64,000 bases of DNA from a virus (IMGVR_UViG_3300027763_002006:28216-92215), one strand, 5' to 3'; shown: positions 9,454-20,585, counted from the first letter of the stretch. Notes: generated from the sequence alone by a model not told the origin. Translations and numbers: made by a program.

Positions 9454-11454
9454 TTATACGTATGTTAATATAATTGTAAACTGTCCAGCACCTGGTGTTG
9501 GATTAGTAATTTCTGCTACGACTTCTGTGTAGGCTGTTGTTCTGTAATCTGGGTTAGTAGTATACTGACCAATTTCTGATAATATACTATCTCTTGGCTG
9601 TGCAAATGCCGAAGTGTTCGCTCTAGTTCCTACAGTAACTTCTGCATCTGAAAGAGCAGTGGTAGTTACCAATACTCTAACACCAATAACAGTTCTGTCT
9701 GCTGTGATAAACCCAATACTCTGTGTGCCTGTTGTTGTACTTAAATCTACATCTAATACTAATGTTCTTGCATCTGTTGCAACACTTCGCTCGCCACCGA
9801 CTTTAATCCATTGTTGTCCATCATAGGTAAATGTAGCCCAGTCACCATTGCCATCGTCTATGACATAGCAATTATCTCCGACCAATGCATTTAATGCATT
9901 ACGTGCCATGATATTTGCAACCACCGCAGTGCCACTAGAACGTAGACCTTGTTCAATGTTTAAGCCCAGTGCATAACGACCGTTTTGTCCGCTTAACACA
10001 CCTGCTGTGTCTAAAAATGAACCAGCAAAGTCTCGTATAGTTAACGGACCGCCATCCAAGCGCATTAATCGCAGTGCAGAAGTTGTTGTGTTTGCAGGTG
10101 TGCTTTCTGGCAAACTAGATAAAGAATTTGTACCAGCAAAGTTATTACCATTTACATCTGGTGTAATATTTACAATAGTAATTGCGCCACCTGCATTGTG
10201 GCGTAGTTTAATATCGCTGCCGTTGACTACACTGGCAACAATGTCTGTGATCTTGGCAGCATTAATGTCAAAGACCATGTCGTTGGTATCAGCTACAACT
10301 GGATCGCCGTAGGCTGCACTACCACTGGTAGTTGTTGTGAAGTTAACTGTTACACCGTTGATACTTGCGCTGAAAGGAGTGTAGCCGGCAATAATACCAT
10401 AGGCACTGCCTTGACCAGCTATGTCACTGACAACTTCAGTGGCAGCACCAACTTTAACTGCGGTAACTTTATGTTCGGCTGTTTGTGCATTAATTAACGT
10501 AACAGCATCTTCTACATTATATGTTCCACTGCCGCTGGACAATGTAACTTGAACTCTATTAATTTCAACTATGTCACCATCTGCACCAGTAGGGTCTATG
10601 CCTGAACCAGTTGTCGATGTTGTAATAGCATCAGCAATCTTCATGTAAATTGGACGTCGACTGTTATCGTTGGTTGTTAAATCGCCTGTGCCATTTAAAC
10701 TAGGATAGATATAATCTCCCACGTTGCCAGGAAGCCCTGGAACAAAGTCAATGATACCATTGGCTGGTCGTAGAATAAATTGATCTGGTCCTGGGCCAGG
10801 AAACACTACAGTACCAATAAATCTGCCAATGTTGTCTTCATTGCTTAATGAAAATACACCATCTTCGATACAGATTGCATCACCTTGTTCAAAATTATGA
10901 TTAGCCTGTTCCAACAAGTAATTAGTTAATGGGTTCATGTATTGGAACCTACTCATTACGTTGGTAAAGAAGTCAGCGGCTGCATCTCCTGGAATAGGAT
11001 CCAACATTGGGAATCCTAGTTCATTGATTTGGAAGAAGATTACAGGACCTGGTGCGTTAAAAATGCCTAGACCGTTTGGATCTCTAAATGTGTTATAACG
11101 AAGTCTATCCTCGACAATAGCAACAACTTCGCTGTTTGTTTTGGATATAACACTCATAATTTGCAGAACTTTACCGTCCGAGGCTCCTGCAACAAAGTCA
11201 CCTACTTCGATGTCTTGAGCATCAAATCTAAAAGGTGTACGAGTTAAATTACTACCGTGCGTTCTTTCTGCAACAGTGAAAGAAACTTGCCAGCGGTAGT
11301 ATTGTGGGTTAGCACCACCGCTCCAATAAGGATCGTCACTGCTGTTAGCATATGGCCATGAACTCAGTGATACTACAGAATCCGCAGTACCCGAAAGTAC
11401 TTTAGCTGGCTTGTTTAATCCTATAAAATTAGTTTTCCAAGCATTAATTGTCAT
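9454..11454 (-). CDS. Putative virion structural protein
   Basis: 666 aa Gly/Thr/Asn-rich beta-type protein directly downstream of a tail fibre gene. Confidence 0.55.
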   Translation of the reverse strand: MTINAWKTNFIGLNKPAKVLSGTADSVVSLSSWPYANSSDDPYWSGGANPQYYRWQVSFTVAERTHGSNLTRTPFRFDAQDIEVGDFVAGASDGKVLQIMSVISKTNSEVVAIVEDRLRYNTFRDPNGLGIFNAPGPVIFFQINELGFPMLDPIPGDAAADFFTNVMSRFQYMNPLTNYLLEQANHNFEQGDAICIEDGVFSLSNEDNIGRFIGTVVFPGPGPDQFILRPANGIIDFVPGLPGNVGDYIYPSLNGTGDLTTNDNSRRPIYMKIADAITTSTTGSGIDPTGADGDIVEINRVQVTLSSGSGTYNVEDAVTLINAQTAEHKVTAVKVGAATEVVSDIAGQGSAYGIIAGYTPFSASINGVTVNFTTTTSGSAAYGDPVVADTNDMVFDINAAKITDIVASVVNGSDIKLRHNAGGAITIVNITPDVNGNNFAGTNSLSSLPESTPANTTTSALRLMRLDGGPLTIRDFAGSFLDTAGVLSGQNGRYALGLNIEQGLRSSGTAVVANIMARNALNALVGDNCYVIDDGNGDWATFTYDGQQWIKVGGERSVATDARTLVLDVDLSTTTGTQSIGFITADRTVIGVRVLVTTTALSDAEVTVGTRANTSAFAQPRDSILSEIGQYTTNPDYRTTAYTEVVAEITNPTPGAGQFTIILTYV

Positions 11455-11463
11455 TTTTTACCC

Positions 11464-14400
11464 TTATACACTGCTCAGCAAGAATTGTACCACGCAATGA
11501 GTTGTTTGTCCTACGCCTGCGCTAGCGCCAGTAATACCTTTAGTCAATCCAATGGTCATTGTGTTAACTGCTGGATCAAATGCACTGAATGCACTTGGGC
11601 TACCACTTGTTCCACCGCCAGCAAGTGTTCTACCTGCCGTAAAGCTACTAGTCACCGCAGTTGCAACATACGTATTAGTGGACCTTTGATAAGCATATAC
11701 TTGTGTATTTAATGGAGCACACACACTGCCTGTGAATGTAAATGTAACTGTGGCCACAGTGGAAGTTGCAGTAGCAATAACAGCACTGATGCCACCATTT
11801 AATACGCTGACACTTGCCAAGTTACCACTTGCATCATATTCAACTTGCACGGCAGCTCTGAATACGCCAGAACTACTACTTCCGCCGCCTCCGCCGCCAG
11901 AACTAATAGTTGTTGGAGCCCATGCGCTGCCATTCCAAGCAAGTGCTTGTCCTGTAGTAGGCGTTGTATTAGCAACGTCAGCAAATGCATTTAAGTTACT
12001 TTGTCCTAGTCGTGTATCAAAACGTGCAGTTGTATAGTATAAGTTTGAGCTACCTTCTGTGACATTGTCGGTGCTGGTGTTTAAACTAAATGTACCAGTA
12101 CTACTATTATAACTTAAACCTGCGCCAGCTGCCAGTGCATTACGTGCAAGTGCATCAGTAAAATATTTGTTTGTTGTACCTTGATTTAAGTTATCGGTTG
12201 TTTTTGCCGCTAATCTGTTATCCCAGCGTGTGTTAGTAAAGTACTGATTAGTTGAACCTTCACTGACATCGTCTGTGTTTAATACAACAACTCCAGTTTT
12301 TGCGTTAACGCTGGATACAGCACCTGATCCACCTGCAACACTACTCGGAGTCCATGCACTGCCTGTCCATGTTAATACTTGTCCATTTGTTGGAGCAGTT
12401 GTAGCTGTGTCAACGTCTAATAATGCATTGATACTGCTTGCCCCAATACGAACATCTGCACGAGCATCTGCACGAGTATTAGTAAAGTATAAGTTACTGC
12501 CTTCAGTGATATAACTCGTATTAGCACGATATTTAATTTGACCAGTTGTATCATCATAGCTGATCAAGCTGGTAATATTACTGTCACTGATAGAACTTAA
12601 TGCCGTTCTTGCTCTGGCATCAGTATAATATAATCTAGTTCCTTCACCGATATCACTGGATGTTACAGCATTTAGTGCCGTTGTCATGGTAATGTTGCCA
12701 CTACCATCGAAACTTGTTAAACCAGTAACTTTACCGCTTAGTGTAAGTGTACGGGCTGTTGTCCATTTATTTGCTTTGTTAGCTAAATCAACTTCTAAAT
12801 CATAACCAGGTTGAGTGGTGTTGCCTATACCATAAATTTGTACACTACCTGATTTATTATTAACACTATAGCTTGTTCCTGTGTCGCCTTTGGCGCCCGT
12901 GTTGCCTGTATCGCCTTTGGCGCCCGTAGAACCAGTGTCGCCTTTTGGTCCTGTACTACCTTGTGGGCCGACTATATAACCTGCATTAATTGTTGTACCG
13001 TCTGTTAATGTAACCTGTAAATAACCACTGGCATCAACAACTACACCACCATCAGCTACACTCCGACCTGCGGGTCCCTGACTGCCTTGCGGTCCCTGTG
13101 GTCCAACTACACTACCAGCATTAAGTTGACTGGCATCATCTAATGTAATAATTAAATTGCCACTGTCAACTACTGCCTGTGCTACACTTATACCCTGATC
13201 GCCTTTTGCGCCCGGAGCACCTGTGTTACCAGTGGTACCTTGTTGTCCTTGTGGTCCAACTACACTACCTGCGTCGACAGTCGAGCTATCTGTTTTTGTA
13301 ATAATTAGTCGGCCGCTGCCATTTACTACGGCTGAGCTAATGCCAACTCCATCAGCCCCAGTGGTACCTGTATCGCCTTTGGCACCCGTGTCACCAGTAG
13401 TGCCTGTATCGCCTTTGGGACCAATTACGGCGCCAGCATCGATAATCGAACTATCTGAACGTGTAATTATTAGTCTGCCACTGCCATTGACAGCGGCTCC
13501 AGTAACTGCAAGACCGGCAGGACCTTGACTACCCGTATCACCTTTGGCACCTGTATTACCTATAACACCCTGTGGACCCTGTGGACCAACTACGCTACCA
13601 GCGTTGACAGTTGTGTTATCTTGTTTTGTTAAAATTAATTCGCCGCTGCCATTTACTGCGGCACTTTTGATACCAGACACATTGCCAGCATCAACTACTG
13701 TGTTATCACTTAGTGTTAACTGTAAACGACCTGCTAGAGTTACTGTGGCAGCACTGATTGATAAACCTGCTGGTCCAGCTGGACCTTGACTACCTGTATC
13801 ACCTTTGGCCCCACTATTAGCAACTGGTACAAAATTTGTACCATCAAAACCTAAAATCTGTCCAGCACTTATGCTACTTAAATTTACATTGGATAGTTGG
13901 CCCAATGATACTTGATTAGCAACTGTTTGGGCAAAGCTAGGACTAACTGATGTAGACGCATTTACTGTAAATTTGTCATCAACATATTTCTTAGTTGCGG
14001 CATGTAAGTCTACTGTAGGAGCACCCGATAATGTCAATGCGCCGGTCATTGTTCCGCCAGTTTTCAATAATACATCTGCGGCAAAGTTTGGATTATTAGC
14101 AAGTGCCTCTGCTAATTCGTTTAATGTGTTTAATAATGTCGGAGCACCATCAACGATGTTGCTGATTTGATTGTTTACATAAGTTTGGGTAGCATAACCG
14201 TTTGTAGTTAAGTATGCACCTAACGCTGTTACATCAATACCATTGCCACCGCCAACCGCAGTAATGACACCATTGCTGATGGTAATAGTTGAACCGTCAA
14301 CTTTTACACCGCCCAGTATACTTGTTGTTGCTGTTGGTAATGTATATGAGCCGCCACCAGAACCTATATTACCTGGTTGCCATCTTAAATTTGTTTGATT

Positions 14401-14979
14401 CCAAACAAGTGCTTGACCGTCTGTAACACCAGTTACATACGTGTCTGCTAAATCTTCTAAATTATATGAACTTAAACGCTGATTGACATAGTTTTCTGTT
14501 GCATATCCAAATGGATTAGGAGTTAGGTATGCAGTAATGATATTGTTGATAAATTCAGGAGTTGTAACATCGCCAGTATCACCTGTAATTGTTGCTGTCG
14601 AACCAGCCAATGTTACCGTTGAGTTTACAAAGTTTAGTATCGATGCAGAACCAATAGTAGTGCCATTTTCTTTGACCACCAGTGAGGATGAACTGCCGCC
14701 GCCATTGCCACCCGAGCCGTCTGCAACAACGTTGAATACTAATTTACCTGTTGCATCATCATAGTTAGTGACTAGACGCAGATTCACTTGACTGCCATCT
14801 GGATCAACTTCTAGCATATCTGCCACAGTGTCTTGTATCTGCTCAGTACTGGCTCCTCCACCGGGTGCGTTAATATAAGCGCCAAGTTCTTCACTCCATA
14901 TTAGGCTTTCACCGTCCTGTGGATTGTTAATTTGTAAGGGAAGTTCGCCTTGCCCAATATCATCGATATATATTGCCAT
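11464..14979 (-). CDS. Collagen-like tail fibre protein
   Basis: G-X-Y runs alternating with six ~30-aa modules; LNTLNELAEAL and EGSTNLYFT-type fibre motifs. Confidence 0.8.
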   Translation of the reverse strand: MAIYIDDIGQGELPLQINNPQDGESLIWSEELGAYINAPGGGASTEQIQDTVADMLEVDPDGSQVNLRLVTNYDDATGKLVFNVVADGSGGNGGGSSSSLVVKENGTTIGSASILNFVNSTVTLAGSTATITGDTGDVTTPEFINNIITAYLTPNPFGYATENYVNQRLSSYNLEDLADTYVTGVTDGQALVWNQTNLRWQPGNIGSGGGSYTLPTATTSILGGVKVDGSTITISNGVITAVGGGNGIDVTALGAYLTTNGYATQTYVNNQISNIVDGAPTLLNTLNELAEALANNPNFAADVLLKTGGTMTGALTLSGAPTVDLHAATKKYVDDKFTVNASTSVSPSFAQTVANQVSLGQLSNVNLSSISAGQILGFDGTNFVPVANSGAKGDTGSQGPAGPAGLSISAATVTLAGRLQLTLSDNTVVDAGNVSGIKSAAVNGSGELILTKQDNTTVNAGSVVGPQGPQGVIGNTGAKGDTGSQGPAGLAVTGAAVNGSGRLIITRSDSSIIDAGAVIGPKGDTGTTGDTGAKGDTGTTGADGVGISSAVVNGSGRLIITKTDSSTVDAGSVVGPQGQQGTTGNTGAPGAKGDQGISVAQAVVDSGNLIITLDDASQLNAGSVVGPQGPQGSQGPAGRSVADGGVVVDASGYLQVTLTDGTTINAGYIVGPQGSTGPKGDTGSTGAKGDTGNTGAKGDTGTSYSVNNKSGSVQIYGIGNTTQPGYDLEVDLANKANKWTTARTLTLSGKVTGLTSFDGSGNITMTTALNAVTSSDIGEGTRLYYTDARARTALSSISDSNITSLISYDDTTGQIKYRANTSYITEGSNLYFTNTRADARADVRIGASSINALLDVDTATTAPTNGQVLTWTGSAWTPSSVAGGSGAVSSVNAKTGVVVLNTDDVSEGSTNQYFTNTRWDNRLAAKTTDNLNQGTTNKYFTDALARNALAAGAGLSYNSSTGTFSLNTSTDNVTEGSSNLYYTTARFDTRLGQSNLNAFADVANTTPTTGQALAWNGSAWAPTTISSGGGGGGSSSSGVFRAAVQVEYDASGNLASVSVLNGGISAVIATATSTVATVTFTFTGSVCAPLNTQVYAYQRSTNTYVATAVTSSFTAGRTLAGGGTSGSPSAFSAFDPAVNTMTIGLTKGITGASAGVGQTTHCVVQFLLSSV

Positions 14980-14982
14980 ATT

Positions 14983-15351
14983 TTAAATACTCAACATTAC
15001 TTTAGTAATATCACCTACTGATGACGTGCCGCTTAAATAACTACGCATTTTTCTAAATCGTATCAAAACAAAATTACCTCGAACACTGAAGCTTTCAGTT
15101 CCGTTGGTAGCGGCTGAATATTGTTTGTATGGAGTTGCGCGATTCATCCAAACTGGGAACCAATCTTGTTCAGTTGGATTAATCTCCAATGTTGCTTCGA
15201 TTTGAATTCTACCTATAAAATTATTAAAAGTAACTGCTATTGTTTGACTGCCGTCCCTATAGCCATAATAACCATCGCCACGCAGTGGATCGCTGAGTTG
15301 ATCGACTTCTTCGTCGCCCAACATTAATGTTGCTACAGTGGTATTATTCAT
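14983..15351 (-). CDS. Hypothetical (possible virion) protein
   Basis: 122 aa beta-rich ORF. Confidence 0.55.
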   Translation of the reverse strand: MNNTTVATLMLGDEEVDQLSDPLRGDGYYGYRDGSQTIAVTFNNFIGRIQIEATLEINPTEQDWFPVWMNRATPYKQYSAATNGTESFSVRGNFVLIRFRKMRSYLSGTSSVGDITKVMLSI

Positions 15352-15517
15352 TGTCTTGTATAACCTCTACAATTACATCTGTGCCCACCAATTCCTGTAC
15401 AACCGCTTCTAATCCGATAACAACATCGTCGCCGGCTAGGTTAGAAGTCTGTGTTTGACTATCTTTGTGTAGTTTGCTAAGTTTAATAACAATTAGTTCT
15501 TCTTGGATCTTTGCCAT
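15344..15517 (-). CDS. 57-aa hypothetical protein MAKIQEELIVIKLSKLHKD...
   Basis: Manually found; SD GGAG and TAAATA box (15535-15540) upstream. Confidence 0.65.
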   Translation of the reverse strand: MAKIQEELIVIKLSKLHKDSQTQTSNLAGDDVVIGLEAVVQELVGTDVIVEVIQDNE

Positions 15518-15548
15518 TTTATTCTCCGTTACAGTATTTAGTCAAAAG

Positions 15549-15576
15549 AAAAGGTGTAACCGAAATTACACCTTTT
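15549..15576 (-). terminator. Intrinsic terminator
   Basis: AAAAGGTGTAA/TTACACCTTTT stem, TTCG-containing loop on minus strand, T-rich tail. Confidence 0.75.
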
Positions 15577-15597
15577 GGTATTTCTACGAAAATCAGC

Positions 15598-16263
15598 TTA
15601 CAAACTGCCAATAAGCACGGCTTCTTCGATGTATTGAATCTCGCTGTGAAAGCGCATTTGACACACCATCAAGTCTTCTGATTCATTTAAATAAATTGCT
15701 GCCGTATAACCCTTATATCCCGGAATACTATCAAAATATTGTCTTAGTGTTTTATTGACTTCCCAACGAACACCATTAGTATTATCTAATCCATACAACC
15801 AATTTTTAACATCAACGTACCCGTCTGTTCTGTACTTCCAGTCTTGAGTAAAATAAACTTTATATTTGAAGTCATTTTCGAATAGCCGTTTTCTAACTCG
15901 AATCCGTCGATTTTGATCTATAACATTTTTATGAACATCACTGACAGGTCTATGGTATTCAGCGATACGATGTCCCAAGTCCTTAAATAATAATTCAATG
16001 AATTCAGTGTCATTGGTAAACACGCTGACCCATTTACTTTCACTGCGAATTTTACAATCAGCATCTTGAATTGGCAATGCGGTAATTTCTTTTAAAAGAT
16101 CTAAACGTGCGGCATATAATGCAGTAAATCCGTACGGACGACTTATCCTAGGAACTCTGGATTTACTTTCGTCAACTTTGAGAACTATTTTATAGAAGTA
16201 CTTTTTATAGTATTTCCTTTCAATAGAAAATTGCTTGACGAATTTAGGTATTGATAAGTTCAT
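15598..16263 (-). CDS. Hypothetical protein
   Basis: ~221 aa ORF downstream of clpA. Confidence 0.6.
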   Translation of the reverse strand: MNLSIPKFVKQFSIERKYYKKYFYKIVLKVDESKSRVPRISRPYGFTALYAARLDLLKEITALPIQDADCKIRSESKWVSVFTNDTEFIELLFKDLGHRIAEYHRPVSDVHKNVIDQNRRIRVRKRLFENDFKYKVYFTQDWKYRTDGYVDVKNWLYGLDNTNGVRWEVNKTLRQYFDSIPGYKGYTAAIYLNESEDLMVCQMRFHSEIQYIEEAVLIGSL

Positions 16264-18445
16264 AATCAACACCATTGTGCGAAACTACCAAGCTACAGTT
16301 GCTGAGATTTTCAAAGACAATGCGCTTACTTAAAGGCTTTTTAATTTTATCTGCAATTAAACGCTTCATAGGACGAGCACCCATTTTTTCGTCAAAGCCT
16401 TCTGCTACTAAACGATCCAATGCTGAATTATTCAATGTAAGTGTGATATTTTTAGCAGCCAATAGATCGTTGAGCTCATTGACAAACTTAATGGCGATTG
16501 GTGTAATTTGTTCAGTTGTGAGTCTGTTAAATTCTATAATAGCATCTAAACGATTACGGAATTCTGGAGTAAAGTGTTTATTAACTGCTTCGAGGCTGGC
16601 TGTGCCATTGATGCTGTTATTGAAACCAATTTTATTTCGTTCTCCATCTCTGGCACCTAAGTTACTGGTCATGATAAGAATCAAATTACGGCAACTCACA
16701 GTTTTACCGCCACTACTGGTAAGCATGCCATTGTCCATGACGCCCAACAAAATATTAAGAACATCTGGATGAGCCTTTTCAACTTCGTCTAATAACAGCA
16801 CTGAACTGGGATGTTCTTCTAAATCATTGATGAGTTTACCTGCACCTGTTCCACCTTCGCCATAGCCAACATAGCCCGGCGGCGCCCCGATTAAACTGGC
16901 AACCTTATGACTTTCCATGTACTCGCTCATGTCATAGCGAAGAAGATGCATACCCAAGCTGGATGCAAGTTGATTTGCAAGTTCTGTTTTACCAACACCG
17001 GTTGGTCCCACAAACAAATAACTGCCCATTGGTTTAGTCAAGTCTTTCAAACCAGCCTTGGCAATATATACACTGTCCAGTAATTTTTCCACAGCTTGAT
17101 CTTGTCCGAACACAAACCGTTTAATCTGTGATTCATAATCCAAGTTCATTGGTTCAATTTGAGTATTAAGTTGTTCCATGGGAACTTTGGCTTGAGCACT
17201 GATTTCTTGTTTGACATGAAATAATGTTACCAAAGTTTCTCTACTGTCGACTTTTATTTTAGCCATGGCACTGTCTAAAATATCAATGGCTTTATCGGGT
17301 AAGAACTTGTCATGCATGTGTTCAACAGTTAAATCGACCACTGCATCAATGGCATCACTTTCAACATCAATGTCGTGATATTTTTCATATTCGGGCATGA
17401 TGCAGTGAAGCATGTTCTTGCAATCTTCAGCTGACATTTCTTCAACATCTAGTTTAGTGAAGCGACGAGCAAGAGCACGTTCTGGTTCAATTGTTTCGCG
17501 ATATTCTTCGTAGGTAGTTGCACCAACAATCTGTACTTTGCCGCGAGTTAATGCTGGTTTAAGCAAGTTAGCCATGTCTGTGTTACTATTTCCTGCGGCA
17601 CCAGCGCCTACCATTGAGTGAATTTCATCAATGAATAAGATTACATCTGTGCGGGCTTCTAATGCATCGATAACTTGTTTAACACGTTCTTCAAAATCAC
17701 CTCGATATTTTGTGCCCGCCATTAATGCGCCCATGTCCAGGCTGTAAATTATACAATCTTTGAGTGTGTGCGGCACAGTTTTCTCATGAATCTTACGAGC
17801 AAGACCTTCTACAATAGCAGTCTTACCCACGCCGGGTTCGCCTACTAGAATAGCATTTCTCTTTTTACGACGAGCAAGAATCTGTGTAAGTTTTTCAACT
17901 TCACGATTACGTCCAATTAATGGATCAATCTTTAGATTTTTTGCTTCCTCATTTAAGTTAATGCAAAAATCATTTAAAACCTTTTCAGCACTATTTTTAA
18001 CTTTGGTTTCTTGCTTTGCATTTTTTCCTAGTACTTCTAAGAATGCTTCTTTACTAACATTATGCTGTGCCAAGTAATAGCAGGCATGGCTATTACGTTC
18101 ACTGAGAATACTCAATAACATGTCTTGGGGAGCAATACCTGCACGACCATTAAAGATGGCCTGTGTAAATGCACGATTAAATGCTCGCTCTAATGTCTGT
18201 GTTTTACGTGGGCGAGTTAAACCGGCGACTACTAGATAATCTTGCCCACTTAAAAATTCTGTTAGGTCATCGATAATTAAATCCGCTTTCGAATTCATTA
18301 TCTTACAGTATTCTCGAATTTCTTCGTTTTCTAGAAGTACAATAGTCAAATGCTCTAGTGTAACGTATTCATGTTCACGATGTAGAGCAAGTTTAAATGC
18401 TTGTTCTAAAATCTCATTGATTGAGTGGTGTTGATTGTCTTCCAT
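16244..18445 (-). CDS. clpA: ATP-dependent Clp protease ATP-binding subunit (ClpA-type)
   Basis: Clp-N domain, two Walker A (GEPGVGKT, GPTGVGKT), IDEIH/LDEVEKAH, KIGF ClpP-docking loop, no ClpB M-domain. Confidence 0.9.
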   Translation of the reverse strand: MEDNQHHSINEILEQAFKLALHREHEYVTLEHLTIVLLENEEIREYCKIMNSKADLIIDDLTEFLSGQDYLVVAGLTRPRKTQTLERAFNRAFTQAIFNGRAGIAPQDMLLSILSERNSHACYYLAQHNVSKEAFLEVLGKNAKQETKVKNSAEKVLNDFCINLNEEAKNLKIDPLIGRNREVEKLTQILARRKKRNAILVGEPGVGKTAIVEGLARKIHEKTVPHTLKDCIIYSLDMGALMAGTKYRGDFEERVKQVIDALEARTDVILFIDEIHSMVGAGAAGNSNTDMANLLKPALTRGKVQIVGATTYEEYRETIEPERALARRFTKLDVEEMSAEDCKNMLHCIMPEYEKYHDIDVESDAIDAVVDLTVEHMHDKFLPDKAIDILDSAMAKIKVDSRETLVTLFHVKQEISAQAKVPMEQLNTQIEPMNLDYESQIKRFVFGQDQAVEKLLDSVYIAKAGLKDLTKPMGSYLFVGPTGVGKTELANQLASSLGMHLLRYDMSEYMESHKVASLIGAPPGYVGYGEGGTGAGKLINDLEEHPSSVLLLDEVEKAHPDVLNILLGVMDNGMLTSSGGKTVSCRNLILIMTSNLGARDGERNKIGFNNSINGTASLEAVNKHFTPEFRNRLDAIIEFNRLTTEQITPIAIKFVNELNDLLAAKNITLTLNNSALDRLVAEGFDEKMGARPMKRLIADKIKKPLSKRIVFENLSNCSLVVSHNGVDYELINT

Positions 18446-18484
18446 AATAATCCTTAAATAGCACAGAAAAGTAGTGTTACGATT

Positions 18485-18513
18485 AGTATAACAAATAGTT
18501 AATGCATTGTCAA
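18485..18513 (-). promoter_or_regulatory. sigma70-type promoter of clpA
   Basis: TTGACA-17-TATACT. Confidence 0.75.
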
Positions 18514-18547
18514 CTATTTAATACATCGAAACGTTAATTCAGTGCTA

Positions 18548-18817
18548 TTATTTGGCAGCTTGATCGGAAATAATCTTTTGTATTTGATACCATTCCTGCC
18601 AACCGTCTGTGACAACTGCACATTGGTAATATGTAGAATAGTTTTCGACTACTACTTTGAGCATGTCGGTGATTGACACTTTATCACCTTCAACTGTTTT
18701 TAGATTTGGGCATTTGGTCATTAGTTTTGCCGGAGCTTCTGGAAACTTTTGCTTGACCGGAACCACGGTTGAACAAGCAGATAATAAAATAGCTAAACTT
18801 AATACTAGGTATTTCAT
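18548..18817 (-). CDS. o-spanin-like lipoprotein (Rz1-like)
   Basis: Lipobox LSAC, Pro-rich linker, overlapping the upstream i-spanin-like gene. Confidence 0.65.
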   Translation of the reverse strand: MKYLVLSLAILLSACSTVVPVKQKFPEAPAKLMTKCPNLKTVEGDKVSITDMLKVVVENYSTYYQCAVVTDGWQEWYQIQKIISDQAAK

Positions 18818-19272
18818 TTTCTGTCTCCTTGATTCATTGTAGCGGCTTGATTGTGAGCGTCAATGATTGATTTTGGAACAGGGCAGTTCTCGACATATTT
18901 GACAACATCGTTGTTTTTAACAACTTCTCTGTCAATATATTGAATAATGTCCTTGCCCTTTTGTTTGACGATTTGAGTTTTTGTAACAATCTTTTCTTCG
19001 ACAACAACATTGGCAGTTTTGCTTTTCTCTTCAGCAACTGCAATTTTTAATTCTAATTCTTTGACTTTTGCAGTCCATTCTTTGTTGTCGGCCAATCCGC
19101 CTTCCAAGTAAACACCTAGAGCAAATATAAAGATACTGGCAATTTGTATTGCTATTTTGTATTGCTTAACAAACGGAATGAATGTTAAAACAAAGCCAGC
19201 AAATACGCCAACTGCTCCTACTAAAAATATAGTATGAGTTACTGCATCTGGCAACCATTCAAATATCCACAT
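18814..19272 (-). CDS. i-spanin-like protein (Rz-like)
   Basis: N-terminal TM helices, coiled coil, C-terminal CPVP. Confidence 0.6.
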   Translation of the reverse strand: MWIFEWLPDAVTHTIFLVGAVGVFAGFVLTFIPFVKQYKIAIQIASIFIFALGVYLEGGLADNKEWTAKVKELELKIAVAEEKSKTANVVVEEKIVTKTQIVKQKGKDIIQYIDREVVKNNDVVKYVENCPVPKSIIDAHNQAATMNQGDRK

Positions 19273-19276
19273 AAAT

Positions 19277-19501
19277 TTATCCTTTGAATCTAAAGGTAAT
19301 TCTGCCTTTAGTTAAATCGTAGGGGCTCATTTCTACTTCCACTCTATCAAGATTTAAAATATTGATATTATGTTTTCTAATCTTGCCACTGATCACTGCT
19401 GTGATAACTGTCTGTGTGTTGTTTAACTTAACTCTGAATGTTGCGTTTGGCAAACATTCTATAACTTGTCCTTCAAGTTTAATTGTTTCTTCTTTGCTCA
19501 T
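19277..19501 (-). CDS. infA: Translation initiation factor IF-1
   Basis: [49 protein letters not shown]. Confidence 0.95.
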   Translation of the reverse strand: MSKEETIKLEGQVIECLPNATFRVKLNNTQTVITAVISGKIRKHNINILNLDRVEVEMSPYDLTKGRITFRFKG

Positions 19502-19504
19502 TAA

Positions 19505-20077
19505 TTAATAACTCATTAAAAATTTTAATCTATTTTTGATAGATTCTCTTACTGCTTCTTGTTCGATTTCTTCTTCGCTGGGTTCAGCTTCTGTGCTTGG
19601 TTCTTCTTCGGCAGTTTCTTCAACTTCGGGATGAAGTCGATCATATTCAATGGGGTCAACTATGATAGAAGAATTAAAAGTTTCTTCATCAAAGGGAACC
19701 ATGTTAGACATTCCCATGCCTTTAAATTTCCAATCTTCAATGCCTGTTAATTTTTTACTGTCATTTAATATACCGTTGATAGTTTTAAATGCACCAGAAT
19801 CTCTATTCAATTCGACATAGATCAAATAACGACCTTTTGTATCAGTGGCACTACTGACTTCTACATCTTCAAAATCGTAGACAGAGTTTTCAATAAAACT
19901 TGCTAGATCATGTGCAGGAGTTCTGTCATTGACGATAATGGCCAATACGATATAATCTTTGTTGGCACCTAATTTAGTTTTGTGCATGTCAATGAGAACA
20001 CTATCGTCGACTAACCATTTAAGGTCGTCTTCGAATAGGCTTTCACTGAGGGGCTTGTTGTGTTTCATCTGCGGCAT
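19505..20077 (-). CDS. Hypothetical phage protein
   Basis: 190 aa acidic ORF. Confidence 0.6.
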   Translation of the reverse strand: MPQMKHNKPLSESLFEDDLKWLVDDSVLIDMHKTKLGANKDYIVLAIIVNDRTPAHDLASFIENSVYDFEDVEVSSATDTKGRYLIYVELNRDSGAFKTINGILNDSKKLTGIEDWKFKGMGMSNMVPFDEETFNSSIIVDPIEYDRLHPEVEETAEEEPSTEAEPSEEEIEQEAVRESIKNRLKFLMSY

Positions 20078-20585
20078 TACCTTTTGCTACTTCGGCATCA
20101 TTTAAGTTTTCGTCGTAGGCACTGGTTACTTCATCCATGTCAATGGTCTGATCACCTGCTTCGACTTTGTTTGTTTGGATCTCATCGACAAAGTGTCGTG
20201 GCATAGTTACTTTAACTGTCCATACTGGACTCTTAATTAACTTTGGCTCTAACTGTCCTTCTTCATCTGTTTCGTAGCTTTCTGGACCTTTAATATTAGC
20301 AACGTGTTGTAGTGTATCTTGTCCGTACCAAACTTTACAGCCACGATCCATTAAGCGTTCTGCACCAGCGGGATCCGGCATCATTTTGTAGGGATACATT
20401 AGTGTTACTGTGATCCAGTAGCGGTCAATTTTCGGACCTTCAACGATTTCACCCTTGATCCAGTTCTTGAATACATAGAGGTCAAGTTGGTCAAAGATAC
20501 GTTCAAATTCAACGAGAATGTCTAGCACGTTTTCGCTGCCGTAAACATCGTCTAAAGTTGTGTATATTGTGTCGATATCAATCAT
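20043..20585 (-). CDS. Hypothetical phage protein
   Basis: 180 aa; TAAATA box 5 nt before ATG. Confidence 0.65.
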   Translation of the reverse strand: MIDIDTIYTTLDDVYGSENVLDILVEFERIFDQLDLYVFKNWIKGEIVEGPKIDRYWITVTLMYPYKMMPDPAGAERLMDRGCKVWYGQDTLQHVANIKGPESYETDEEGQLEPKLIKSPVWTVKVTMPRHFVDEIQTNKVEAGDQTIDMDEVTSAYDENLNDAEVAKGNAADETQQAPQ

